Shown here one piece after another: positions 40,301-53,484 of a stretch of DNA of 64,000 nucleotides. Under the pieces are notes generated by a model. It did not search any database. It had not been told where the DNA came from and saw only the letters and a list, made by a program, of their open reading frames with translations. Numbering within the stretch: the stretch's first letter is position 1; each line of letters begins with the position of its first letter. This stretch comes from Eledone cirrhosa (Eukaryota), in contig OZ024746.1 in assembly GCA_964016885.1 (NCBI GenBank), positions 49,104,001-49,168,000 of the forward strand. Direction: 5' to 3'. The position numbers and the translations under genes are program-made.

Positions 40301-40750
40301 CTCTCCTTTTCTCATTGCTCTCCTTTTCTCATTGCTCTCCTTTCTCCGTGCTCTCCTTTCTCCTTGCTCTCATTTCTCTCCTTGCTCTCCTTTCTCCTTG
40401 CTCTCCTTTCTCCTTGCTCTCATTTCTCTCCTTGCTCTCCTTTCTCCTTGCTCTCATTTCTCTTCTTGCTCTCCTTTCTCCTTGCTCTCCTTTTCTCATT
40501 GCTCTCCTTTCAACTTACTATCCTTTTCTCCTTGCTCACTTTTTACCCCTTGCTCTCCTTTCTCTTTGCTCTCCTTTCTCCTTACTCTCCTTTTCTCCTT
40601 ACTCTCCTTTTCTCCTTGCTCTCATTTTCTCCTTGCTCTCCTGTTCTCCTTACTCTCCATGCTATCCTTGCTCTCCCTGGGCTCTTTATTCTCCTTTTTC
40701 TCCCTACTGTCCTGCTCTCCTTTTCTGCCCGTTTTCCTTGTTTTCCTTTT
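37340..40750. repeat. 3.4-kb pyrimidine-rich satellite, ~16-17-bp unit (TTGCTCTCCTTTCTCC) with higher-order repeats
   Basis: Rare variant TCCGTTCT at 37521, 37961 and 38713; matching ORF translations offset by 752 bp (38196/38948, 38369/39121). Confidence 0.95.
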
Positions 40751-41344
40751 AGCGTCTACTTTTCACCTCATATTCTTTTCCCCTCTTTACGAAAAATGGC
40801 TTTACTCAAGAACAAAAAGATTTTACTCAAGAACAAAGAGGATTTCTCGCCACCCCCACCCAAACTGTAGATAATAATAATAATACATCACTCTATGTAC
40901 AGTTCTGTGCGGGCCGGTTGCTTTTAATCGATGTATATGTACAACATATGGGAAACTTAATTTGGTTGTACGCTATATTCCTCGGTAAAGGACGTCTCAT
41001 TTGGGACGTCGCAGTTAGGGACATTTTGTTCCTTCCCATATCCTGGATGTTACGGTAAATATGATGATCCTGCTCATGTAGTTGAACAGAATAAAAAAAA
41101 AAGCTATTTTTCCTGTTTATAGCGTTCCAGACCTTTGGGAGAGCCAGTCAGCTGACAACGAAGTGAAAAATACCAGCAGTAATACGGCGAGTGTGTTGAC
41201 TTGCCTATAAAAGTATTAGAGGGAAACTCAAGCACCCATTGTGGTGTCTGACCGATTAACACATATAGTGTTGAATTAATATTTTCTTTTGGTTTGATTC
41301 TATAATTTTATGTGAGATACTTGCATACTTGTATATATTATTTG

Positions 41345-41406
41345 AATAAAGTACCAGTAATGCACTGGGTAATTGCTGGCCTTGTGCCTAAAGTAGAAAC
41401 AATTAT
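41345..41406 (+). mobile_element. SINE 3'-terminal fragment
   Basis: AATAAAGTACCAGTAATGCACTGGGTAATTGCTGGCCTTGTGCCTAAAGTAGAAACAATT. Confidence 0.85.
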
Positions 41407-41817
41407 TTGAATATATATTTTCACTCTATAAGAATTATAAATAATATAATTTTGATAGCAAAAAGAAAAAAAAACAACATAATTAGATAAATATTCAGCA
41501 TATACTTAAAAATAATATACAAGATTACATGTATGGATATTTGGGGCAAATGTAGTGCGAGAATCCAGGAGCTTGTGGTTGGAAAGTAAACTTCATATAT
41601 TCTAGCCACACGATTGATATATACATACATATATACATATACAAACACACACACACATTGTTTACTGATTGAGTGTTGCATACGCAACCCAAGTAGAGTC
41701 AATATCTAATAACACACGCATATATATAAATATATAACAAAGGAATTGTGGTAAGGAACCAGATGGACCATAACGCATCAGAGTACTCAATACTTAGGAT
41801 AATAGAGTGGGAAATAG

Positions 41818-41859
41818 GAAAAAGTATGACCTCGATGGCCGTCGGGGTCATACTTTTTC
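41818..41859. repeat. 42-bp near-perfect palindrome
   Basis: GAAAAAGTATGACCTCGATGG|CCGTCGGGGTCATACTTTTTC (2 C>T differences). Confidence 0.92.
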
Positions 41860-41865
41860 ATATAA

Positions 41866-41898
<33 letters not shown>

Positions 41899-42548
41899 TA
41901 ATATAATAAATAACAAAGAACGCTTATAGCATATGCATATCTTTACTTGCTAACATTGTTTCATCCGCACTATAAGTGGGACTCATCAGAGCATAAAGGT
42001 TAATTACATACCATACAAGCAATAACAAATCCAAGACATTGAAGAATGAAAGGTAATAATAGACGATAAATGATAAGAATAAAAATAAAAGTAAAAATAA
42101 AAATAAAAATAAGGGGTGCTATCAGTCACAGTTGGGCGGGGTGCTGTCAACATATAGTTACATACAAGCATACACATGGATAAGAGAACATACAAGAGTA
42201 GACACATGGATAAGAGAACAGACAAGAGTAGATAAGATAGATGGGATTAGGTAAGAGTAGGTAAAAATAGGTAAAAAATAGGTGAAAAACAGACTTATAA
42301 TATATATAAATAAGAAAATATAAAGAAATACAAAGAAATACATAACAAACTTACATATAAAATATAGGGTAAGGAATGAGATAAAATAATATAAAATTAA
42401 AATTAAAAATTATATACATAGAACATAATATAATATAATCGTAAAATAAGATAAAATAAGGTAAACTAAAATCAAATAACATAGACTAAATTAAAATAAT
42501 ATAATATAAGATATAATTAAATGTATAATTAAATGTAATTAAATGTAA

Positions 42549-42588
<40 letters not shown>

Positions 42589-43701
42589 AAATTAAATAAA
42601 TAAATAAAATTTAAATTTAAATTTTTAAATTTAAATTTAAATTTAAATTTAAATAAATAAATAAATAAATAAATGGAGTCAAGTAAGTAAATAAATAAAA
42701 TTAGATAACATGAAATGAAATAAAGTAAAATAAAATGAAATAAAATAATGAAATAATGTAAATTGAGATAAGATATATATTTTTTTAGAATATATCTCTT
42801 GAATATATCAGGGGCCCACGAAGGCACTAAGTGTCACAGTTATGTGTATCACTTGACCATTTTTTAAAAATATATTTCTTGAAAACATCAGGGGCCCACG
42901 AAGGCACTAAGTGTCACAGTCACCAGTATCACTTGACCATTGCAAGGCAATGGAGGCGTCCCAGGTTGGGCAGTCTCGAAAGTTCACTCGAAAGTCATGG
43001 GTGTGCATTCACACAGTTGAGCGGTGGGGTAATCACAAACCGGTTCACACCCGGGCAGGAGTCCAATGGTCAGAGAGAGGTGCATCGAAGGAGGTAGAAG
43101 AATTCACGTGCATTAGCAAGCGAGGTGCAGGCGGGTTAAAGCAAGCAGACACAGTTGTAGCGCATACAAAAGATATATAAAAAGACAGAAGATATATAAA
43201 AAATAGCTTCAAGAGCCATTAAGTCACCGCATTGGGACATCACAAGATTGTACACATCAATATGTTCAGCACGTATATGCACGTATACACACCACATGCA
43301 TATGCAGAGACGGTATACATATATATATATATATATTTTTTTATATATACAGACACATACAACCACCTACAACCATACACATATAAATGTATACACGGAC
43401 ACACACGCACACACACACAGCGTAGGACACCCGGGTCAAAGCTGATATTAAACACCGAAATACCACATTAGACCAGACCCACCACCACAGGTAATACATT
43501 CAAAATAAATACATACGATGGGATGTAGTAAAATAAAGTTGAAATCCTACGGAGATATTCATGTCCGCACGTGCCATTGACCGATTCGAGTGTACACAGA
43601 CCGTTAGTAACTACGGAGGGCTATCGGGGCCAAAACGTTACTTTCGGGATCATAACAACGACCGTCAATATATGGAAGGCCGATCGTGCTAGAAAGACTA
43701 C
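41899..43701 (-). mobile_element. PLE-1 solo 3' UTR/pLTR copy A
   Basis: Direct repeat of 44256-46074; 3' end merges with (TA)n. Confidence 0.92.
41948..41993 (-). ncRNA. Minimal type I hammerhead, PLE-1 copy A
   Basis: Reverse complement of 53198-53243. Confidence 0.8.
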
Positions 43702-44079
43702 TGTCATCCTCCTTATCGATTTGTAAAATGAATTACTATTTAGTAATGCTCTCTGATTTATGTCTTGATTTATTCGTACTTTACATTTCTTCGTCATATC
43801 CGCAGTACACCGCCTTTCTACAGTCATAATTTCCCCCACTCACACAATCTTTCTCTCTGTGAATCTCTTTCTCTCTTTCAGTCCATCTTTCTATGTCTCT
43901 ATCTCTCCTCTTCCTCCTCTCCCTCGCTTGCTCTCTTTGTAGCTTTATTTCATGTAGTCGATTTGATTTCGTTTATAGTTATGAACTATCAAAAAGAAGC
44001 AAAAGTGTCTGACACGATTCTTCGTCTATTCTGGAAATGAAATATACAACAAATGTAACTGGTTACATCATTGATTATA

Positions 44080-44155
<76 letters not shown>

Positions 44156-44304
44156 TATATATATATAGTATGCTAGGGAAAGGATCAGGGGTGTATAACA
44201 CTCCACTTATCCAGCAGGCAGTATGAGGTTAGCTCAATGTCTGAGGACAGAGCCGTAATATAATAAATAACAAAGAACGCTTATAGCATATGCATATCTT
44301 TACT

Positions 44305-44350
44305 TGCTAACATTGTTTCATCCGCACTATAAGTGGGACTCATCAGAGCA
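44305..44350 (-). ncRNA. Minimal type I hammerhead, PLE-1 copy B
   Basis: Reverse complement of 53198-53243. Confidence 0.8.
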
Positions 44351-44905
44351 TAAAGGTTAATTACATACCATACAAGCAATAACAAATCCAAGACATTGAA
44401 GAATGAAAGGTAATAATAGACGATAAATGATAAGAATAAAAATAAAAGTAAAAATAAAAATAAAAATAAGGGGTGCTATCAGTCACAGTTGGGCGGGGTG
44501 CTGTCAACATATAGTTACATACAAGCATACACATGGATAAGAGAACAGACAAGAGTAGACACATGGATAAGAGAACAGACAAGAGTAGATAAGATAGATG
44601 GGATTAGGTAAGAGTAGGTAAAAATAGGTAAAAAATAGGTGAAAAACAGACTTATAATATATATAAATAAGAAAATATAAAGAAATACAAAGAAATACAT
44701 AACAAACTTACATATAAAATATAGGGTAAGGAATGAGATAAAATAATATAAAATTAAAATTAAAAATTATATACATAGAACATAATATAATATAATCGTA
44801 AAATAAGATAAAATAAGGTAAACTAAAATCAAATAACATAGACTAAATTAAAATAATATAATATAAGATATAATTAAATGTATAATTAAATGTAATTAAA
44901 TGTAA

Positions 44906-44953
<48 letters not shown>

Positions 44954-46552
44954 AAATTAAATAAATAAATAAAATTTAAATTTAAATTTTAAAATTTAAA
45001 TTTAAATTTAAATTTAAATTTAAATAAATAAATAAATAAATAAATGGAGTCAAGTAAGTAAATAAATAAAATTAGATAACATGAAATGAAATAAAGTAAA
45101 ATAAAATGAAATAAAATAATGAAATAAAGTAAATTGAGATAAGATATATATTTTTTTAGAATATATCTCTTGAATATATCAGGGGCCCACGAAGGCACTA
45201 AGTGTCACAGTTATGTGTATCACTTGACCATTTTTTTTAAATATATTTCTTGAAAACATCAAGGGCCCACGAAGGCACTAAGTGTCACAGTCACCAGTAT
45301 CACTTGACCATTGCAAGGCAATGGAGGCGTCCCAGGTTGGGCAGTCTCGAAAGTTCACTCGAAAGTCATGGGTGTGCATTCACACAGTTGAGCGGTGGGG
45401 TAATCACAAACCGGTTCACACCCGGGCAGGAGTCCAATGGTCAGAGAGAGGTGCATCGAAGGAGGTAGAAGAATTCACGTGCATTAGCAAGCGAGGTGCA
45501 GGCGGGTTAAAGCAAGCAGACACAGTTGTAGGGCATACAAAAGATATATAAAAAGACAGAAGATATATAAAAAATAGCTTCAAGAGCCATTAAGTCACCG
45601 CATTGGGACATCACAAGATTGTACACATCAATATGTTCAGCACGTATATGCACGTATACACACCACATGCATATGCAGAGACGGTATACATATATATATA
45701 TATATATATTTTTTTATATATACAGACACATACAACCACCTACACCCATACACATATAAATGTATACACGGACACACACGCACACACACACAGCGTAGGA
45801 CACCCGGGTCAAAGCTGATATTAAACACCGAAATACCACATTAGACCAGACCCACCACCACAGGTAATACATTCAAAATAAATATATACGATGGGATGTA
45901 GTAAAATAAAGTTGAAATCCTACGGAGATATTCATGTCCGCACGTGCCATTGACCGATTCGAGTGTACACAGACCGTTAGTAACTACGGAGGGCTATCGG
46001 GGCCAAAACGTTACTTTCGGGATCATAACAACGACCGTCAATATATGGAAGGCCGATCGTGCTAGAAAGACTACAACCCCGGGTAAGAGCTCCCAGAGGT
46101 CAGCCTGTAGATCTTGAACCACAGAATATGAGGGCAACACGTATATGCGCCGCGTATCCACTGCTTACGGCGGGATGGCACGGGTCCGCCCACAGTTACA
46201 GGCTAAATTTCTACTAGTGCAGCCTAAATCGCAGTACACGCTTTACATAAATACATTACATCACAACTCATGCGCATACAGAGGTACAGATCAACAAGAT
46301 ATACGTCAGGATAGGTCCACCAATGCACCAATGGTGGGTAGGCCAGCGTGGATGGGTTACATCCACTGTGCCAAACAGGGGTGCTTATTAACATACACTC
46401 CCCTGCACACCCCGATATCCAGATCAATATCCTCCCACAGGCATACGTATACATTCACCGACTCGTATACATAGACGACCAACAATAGGAGACAGTTACA
46501 CACAGTCAGAGACAGTTACACAAGACAGCCCAACTGGAGGAATAAGGAAGTG

Positions 46553-49037
46553 CTAGCTAACAGGTTTAAAGTAGAAGAAAGAGCTTAATATTCGGTGGGG
46601 GCAAGAGGAAAAAATTTCAGACTTTCTATTTAGTAGAGGGCATTTAGCAAATATAATAGAGTGGGATTCGGCAAGGCACAGGTTACATACTCTACTATGA
46701 GGAGTATATGGATGGGATTTAGCAACCTGCCGCCAAGTAAGTGTGTAACGTGTTCGTGCATTTTTTAAATTATGGACGTACGCTGCCAAGGAGGTGGAGT
46801 TCCTCAGTTTATTATGTCTAAAAGTGCATTGATGAGAGTTAAACCTGGTCTTAAAGGGGGTGGAGGTTGATCCTATATAGGTCCTAGTGGACGCCGTAGT
46901 TACCACATCACACGCATAAACTATGTTTCTAACAAGGCAGAAACCATTCAGGGGGCAGCCTGAAGCCCTTCTACAGTTACAACCTCTGGTGATGCTATTC
47001 TCAGAAAGATCACCACCAGTGTTTCTGCCCACTCTATCCACTACCGTGTTTTCCCCTAGGCTTAGGTTGTCCAGGCCTTCCTTTATTTTCTTATTATTAG
47101 TGATGGCCAGATGAGAGGCCAGATTTTGGGTTGTAGAATACGAAAGTTTAACAACATTCTTATTGAGGATAGAGTGGTACCTATTACCAGGAGGGAAGTT
47201 CCGTTCTAGCACAGAGAAGAAGGCCCTAGGAATATTTATAGCCACTTCAGAATTAAAAGGGGGGTTGAAGTATGTATTCAATCTTCTTCTATTCTTTTTA
47301 TTCTTTCTATTTCCATCAGTATTATTAGCATTATTATTTCTACGGTTCCTATGCTCACCTAGTCTATGCGGGGAGCTGCGAGGCCTACCATTGCTTTTAC
47401 TTAGACTAATGGTGCCCTGCTGGTTCATTCCACCGGCATCTAGAAACCTCCCGCTCACGACACCTCTATTGTTATTACTTAGACTAATGGTGCCCTGCTG
47501 TTTCATTCCACCGGCATTTAGAACCCTCCCATTCGCGACACCTCGATTACCAATGGACATATTATGTGTTATAACAACACTGGTAGAGCTACTATTAGGA
47601 CCATTATTTCCCTTTGGTGTAATACAATTTGTCCCTAAAGCCGGATCTAGCTAAGGCGTCGTTATAGTAATCAGCCTGCGAGTCAAACGCCTCCTCACTA
47701 TGTGAGAGTGAACTTATTCTGTTAGATACGCCCTTCAGTATACCGCTGATGACAGACCTAGGGTGGTTGGAGTTGACGTAAGTCAGCAATTCATTGGGCT
47801 TATGGTACGGTGTGTACGTATGGTTATCCAAGTCCAGTGTAACATCTAGGAAGTTCACAGTTCTATCATTTACATCCATAGTAATGGATAGGTTAAATGT
47901 TTTAAAAAAGCTATGCAGCTTTTTCCTAATGCGCACTATATTATACTTACTAGTATCTATGGAGAGTAGGGCGTCATCCCGGTACAACCCGCCCCTAAGG
48001 AAAGGGAAGTTACTATGCAGTTCATTGAGGAGGTATAGTCCAACTAAGTCGGTGACTTGAGCAGAGTCACTCGACCCCATAGTAATGTCAAAATTATCAG
48101 GTGTGTTTTTTCTCGTCCATAGATTATCCTCAAACATGATAATGGTTTTACGTGCAGCGAGAACAATATCTATCTGTGGCCTAGTAATTGCCCCCCTCTG
48201 CATGGTTAGGATGAGGGCCTTATTGAGGATAATAGGAGATATAGATGTATAATAAGCATCAATATCAAATTGGATGAATTTTAGTGAGTCACGACCACAA
48301 TCCGTAGAGAACCACGTAATGACCTCACTAGTGTTACCCCAAGCTCAAGGAAAGTTTTTTCTCTAACCAGGGGAATAACGCTATCCAAGATTCCCTTACT
48401 AATAATCCCCAGGTCAGACTTGGAGGGGCAGATAAGCCTAACTGAGGGTCTGCTAATAAAATCTTCCTTGTAGTCCTTGAGGGTGAATCTAGGCTGCTTG
48501 GGGTAATAAGGCTGAGTGTGTTTATCCAGACCTAATTTTACCACTATGTTATACCCCTCCAGATTAATATTATCTAAATTACTCTGCGTTGTTTTTTTGT
48601 AGTTCCTATGCAGTTCATTATAAATGAAGCCTCGATAGGTTTTATAATCCATACTATATAAGTTTTTAGTTTTGTCAGAGGGGACCAGAATGGATTTATT
48701 ATCCCTAAAGTCCCTAACGATTGAACTTAGTTTACTCTGAAATTTATTGGTACATCTAGATTTTTTATATCTAATATTCCTAACAAGGGATAATAGCTCA
48801 CTTTCGAAGTTATCCAACAGGCTATTATGCGGGGGGCTCCTATAGGTCTTAAATCCATAATTATTAAAACTACGCCTCTCCTCAGGGCTATCATACCTCC
48901 TATCAAAGTGGAACGCACGCCACCGAACACGTTTTACGAATGAGTTTATGCTAGTTATCAATGATTTCTCATATGAGATTTTAGGGGGGGGTGGGAATAT
49001 TCTTCAAGGAAATGGGTAAGTATGTCTTTGTTAGCAT
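46553..49037 (-). pseudogene. PLE-1 RT + GIY-YIG polyprotein (~827 aa reconstructed; three 1-nt indels)
   Basis: MLTKTYLPISLKNIPTP..FVKRVRWRA..PSDKTKNLY..KFIQFDIDAYYTSI..ITMGSSDSAQVTDLVG..GLYRDDAL..VNFLDVTLDL..YFNPPF..CNCRRASGCPLNGFCL..NIVY..TYIGST..FKTRFNSH..CNLCLAE; indels near 48985, 48340 and 47610. Confidence 0.9.
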
Positions 49038-49246
49038 ACTGCCTGATAATATACAAGGACACAAATCCGCGTATATCAAAGTTTAAGCTCAACCAGTGGG
49101 AGCCGTATAGTATGCTAGGGAAAGGATCAGGGGTGTATAACACTCCACTTATCCAGCAGGCAGTATGAGGTTAGCTCAATGTCTGAGGACAGAGCCGTAA
49201 TATAATAAATAACAAAGAACGCTTATAGCATATGCATATCTTTACT

Positions 49247-49292
49247 TGCTAACATTGTTTCATCCGCACTATAAGTGGGACTCATCAGAGCA
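49247..49292 (-). ncRNA. Minimal type I hammerhead, PLE-1 copy C (upstream of ORF)
   Basis: Reverse complement of 53198-53243. Confidence 0.8.
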
Positions 49293-50392
49293 TAAAGGTT
49301 AATTACATACCATACAAGCAATAACAAATCCAAGACATTGAAGAATGAAAGGTAATAATAGACGATAAATGATAAGAATAAAAATAAAAGTAAAAATAAA
49401 AATAAAAATAAGGGGTGCTATCAGTCACAGTTGGGCGGGGTGCTGTCAACATATAGTTACATACAAGCATACACATGGATAAGAGAACAGACAAGAGTAG
49501 ACACATGGATAAGAGAACAGACAAGAGTAGATAAGATAGATGGGATTAGGTAAGAGTAGGTAAAAATAGGTAAAAAATAGGTGAAAAACAGACTTATAAT
49601 ATATATAAATAAGAAAATATAAAGAAATACAAAGAAATACATAACAAACTTACATATAAAATATAGGGTAAGGAATGAGATAAAATAATATAAAATTAAA
49701 ATTAAAAATTATATACATAGAACACAATATAATATAATCGTAAAATAAGATAAAATAAGGTAAACTAAAATCAAATAACATAGACTAAATTAAAATAATA
49801 TAATATAAGATATAATTAAATGTATAATTAAATGTAATTAAATGTAATTAAATAAATAAATAAATAAATAAAAATTAAATAAATAAATAAAATTTAAATT
49901 TAAATTTTAAAATTAAAATTAAAATTTAAATTTAAATAAATAAATAAATAAATAAATGGAGTCAAGTAAGTAAATAAATAAAATTAGATAACATGAAATG
50001 AAATAAAGTAAAATAAAATGAAATAAAATAATGAAATAAAGTAAATAGAGATAAGATATATATTTTTTTAGAATATATCTCTTGAATATATCAGGGGCCC
50101 ACGAAGGCACTAAGTGTCACAGTTATGTGTATCACTAGACCATTTTTTAAAAATATATTTCTTGAAAACATCAGGGGCCCACGAAGGCACTAAGTGTCAC
50201 AGTCACCAGTATCACTTGACCATTGCAAGGCAATGGAGGCGTCCCAGGTTGGGCAGTCTCGAAAGTTCACTCGAAAGTCATGGGTGTGCATTCACACAGT
50301 TGAGCGGTGGGGTAATCACAAACCGGTTCACACCCGGGCAGGAGTCCAATGGTCAGAGAGAGGTGCATCGAAGGAGGTAGAAGAATTCACGT

Positions 50393-50995
50393 GTTGTTAA
50401 ACTTTCGTATTCTACAACCCAAAATCTGGCCTCTCATCTGGCCATCACTAATAATAAGAAAATAAAGGAAGGCCTGGACAACCTAAGCCTAGGGGAAAAC
50501 ACGGTAGTGGATAGAGTGGGCAGAAACACTGGTGGTGATCTTTCTGAGAATAGCATCACCAGAGGTTGTAACTGTAGAAGGGCTTCAGGCTGCCCCCTGA
50601 ATGGTTTCTGCCTTGTTAGAAACATAGTTTATGCGTGTGATGTGGTAACTACGGCGTCCACTAGGACCTATATAGGATCAACCTCCACCCCCTTTAAGAC
50701 CAGGTTTAACTCTCATCAATGCACTTTTAGACATAATAAACTGAGGAACTCCACCTCCTTGGCAGCGTACGTCCATAATTTAAAAAATGCACGAACACGT
50801 TACACACTTACTTGGCGGCAGGTTGCTAAATCCCATCCATATACTCCTCATAGTAGAGTATGTAACCTGTGCCTTGCCGAATCCCACTCTATTATATTTG
50901 CTAAATGCCCTCTACTAAATAGAAAGTCTGAAATTTTTTCCTCTTGCCCCCACCGAATATTAAGCTCTTTCTTCTACTTTAAACCTGTTAGCTAG
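50393..50995 (+). pseudogene. 5'-truncated GIY-YIG endonuclease portion of PLE-1
   Basis: Same translation as the C-terminus of 46553-47560. Confidence 0.9.
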
Positions 50996-52594
50996 CACTT
51001 CCTTATTCCTCCAGTTGGGCTGTCTTGTGTAACTGTCTCTGACTGTGTGTAACTGTCTCCTATTGTTGGTCGTCTATGTATACGAGTCGGTGAATGTATA
51101 CGTATGCCTGTGGGAGGATATTGATCTGGATATCGGGGTGTGCAGGGGAGTGTATGTTAATAAGCACCCCTGTTTGGCACAGTGGATGTAACCCATCCAC
51201 GCTGGCCTACCCACCATTGGTGCATTGGTGGACCTATCCTGACGTATATCTTGTTGATCTGTACCTCTGTATGCGCATGAGTTGTGATGTAATGTATTTA
51301 TGTAAAGCGTGTACTGCGATTTAGGCTGCACTAGTAGAAATTTAGCCTGTAACTGTGGGCGGACCCGTGCCATCCCGCCGTAAGCAGTGGATACGCGGCG
51401 CATATACGTGTTGCCCTCATATTCTGTGGTTCAAGATCTACAGGCTGACCTCTGGGAGCTCTTACCCGGGGTTGTAGTCTTTCTAGCACGATCGGCCTTC
51501 CATATATTGACGGTCGTTGTTATGATCCCGAAAGTAACGTTTTGGCCCCGATAGCCCTCCGTAGTTACTAACGGTCTGTGTACACTCGAATCGGTCAATG
51601 GCACGTGCGGACATGAATATCTCCGTAGGATTTCAACTTTATTTTACTACATCCCATCGTATATATTTATTTTGAATGTATTACCTGTGGTGGTGGGTCT
51701 GGTCTAATGTGGTATTTCGGTGTTTAATATCAGCTTTGACCCGGGTGTCCTACGCTGTGTGTGTGTGCGTGTGTGTCCGTGTATACATTTATATGTGTAT
51801 GGGTGTAGGTGGTTGTATGTGTCTGTATATATAAAAAAATATATATATATATATATATGTATACCGTCTCTGCATATGCATGTGGTGTGTATACGTGCAT
51901 ATACGTGCTGAACATATTGATGTGTACAATCTTGTGATGTCCCAATGCGGTGACTTAATGGCTCTTGAAGCTATTTTTTATATATCTTCTGTCTTTTTAT
52001 ATATCTTTTGTATGCCCTACAACTGTGTCTGCTTGCTTTAACCCGCCTGCACCTCGCTTGCTAATGCACGTGAATTCTTCTACCTCCTTCGATGCACCTC
52101 TCTCTGACCATTGGACTCCTGCCCGGGTGTGAACCGGTTTGTGATTACCCCACCGCTCAACTGTGTGAATGCACACCCATGACTTTCGAGTGAACTTTCG
52201 AGACTGCCCAACCTGGGACGCCTCCATTGCCTTGCAATGGTCAAGTGATACTGGTGACTGTGACACTTAGTGCCTTCGTGGGCCCTTGATGTTTTCAAGA
52301 AATATATTTAAAAAAAATGGTCAAGTGATACACATAACTGTGACACTTAGTGCCTTCGTGGGCCCCTGATATATTCAAGAGATATATTCTAAAAAAATAT
52401 ATATCTTATCTCAATTTACTTTATTTCATTATTTTATTTCATTTTATTTTACTTTATTTCATTTCATGTTATCTAATTTTATTTATTTACTTACTTGACT
52501 CCATTTATTTATTTATTTATTTATTTAAATTTAAATTTAAATTTAAATTTAAATTTTAAAATTTAAATTTAAATTTTATTTATTTATTTAATTT

Positions 52595-52642
<48 letters not shown>

Positions 52643-53197
52643 TTACATTTAATTACATTTAATTATACATTTAATTATATCTTATATTATATTATTTTAA
52701 TTTAGTCTATGTTATTTGATTTTAGTTTACCTTATTTTATCTTATTTTACGATTATATTATATTATGTTCTATGTATATAATTTTTAATTTTAATTTTAT
52801 ATTATTTTATCTCATTCCTTACCCTATATTTTATATGTAAGTTTGTTATGTATTTCTTTGTATTTCTTTATATTTTCTTATTTATATATATTATAAGTCT
52901 GTTTTTCACCTATTTTTTACCTATTTTTACCTACTCTTACCTAATCCCATCTATCTTATCTACTCTTGTCTGTTCTCTTATCCATGTGTCTACTCTTGTC
53001 TGTTCTCTTATCCATGTGTATGCTTGTATGTAACTATATGTTGACAGCACCCCGCCCAACTGTGACTGATAGCACCCCTTATTTTTATTTTTATTTTTAC
53101 TTTTATTTTTATTCTTATCATTTATCGTCTATTATTACCTTTCATTCTTCAATGTCTTGGATTTGTTATTGCTTGTATGGTATGTAATTAACCTTTA

Positions 53198-53243
53198 TGC
53201 TCTGATGAGTCCCACTTATAGTGCGGATGAAACAATGTTAGCA
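53198..53243 (+). ncRNA. Minimal type I hammerhead, PLE-1 copy D
   Basis: TGCT-CTGATGA-GTCC-CACTTATAGTG-C-GGAT-GAAA-CAATG-TT^AGCA: stem I TGCT/AGCA, stem II GTCC/GGAT extended by CACT/AGTG, predicted cleavage after GUU. Confidence 0.8.
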
Positions 53244-53392
53244 AGTAAAGATATGCATATGCTATAAGCGTTCTTTGTTATTTATTATATTACGGCTCTG
53301 TCCTCAGACATTGAGCTAACCTCATACTGCCTGCTGGATAAGTGGAGTGTTATACACCCCTGATCCTTTCCCTAGCATACTATATATATATA

Positions 53393-53484
<92 letters not shown>

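Larger units (their letters stand above)
44164..50393 (-). mobile_element. Penelope-like element PLE-1: partial 5' pLTR (49106-50393), ORF, long 3' UTR/pLTR (44164-46552)
   Basis: 44164-45481 is directly repeated at 49106-50393 around an RT-GIY-YIG ORF, the classic tandem pLTR arrangement. Confidence 0.92.

Noticed and set aside
37309-40874. Long ORFs (up to 833 aa) rich in L/S/F/P
   Set aside because: A C/T-rich satellite strand rarely contains stop codons; open in several frames at once; no domain.
46553-49037. Selenocysteine or programmed recoding in the PLE-1 ORF (as in some Naiad PLEs)
   Set aside because: The breaks are frameshifts at homopolymers, not in-frame TGA codons, and the endonuclease is C-terminal.
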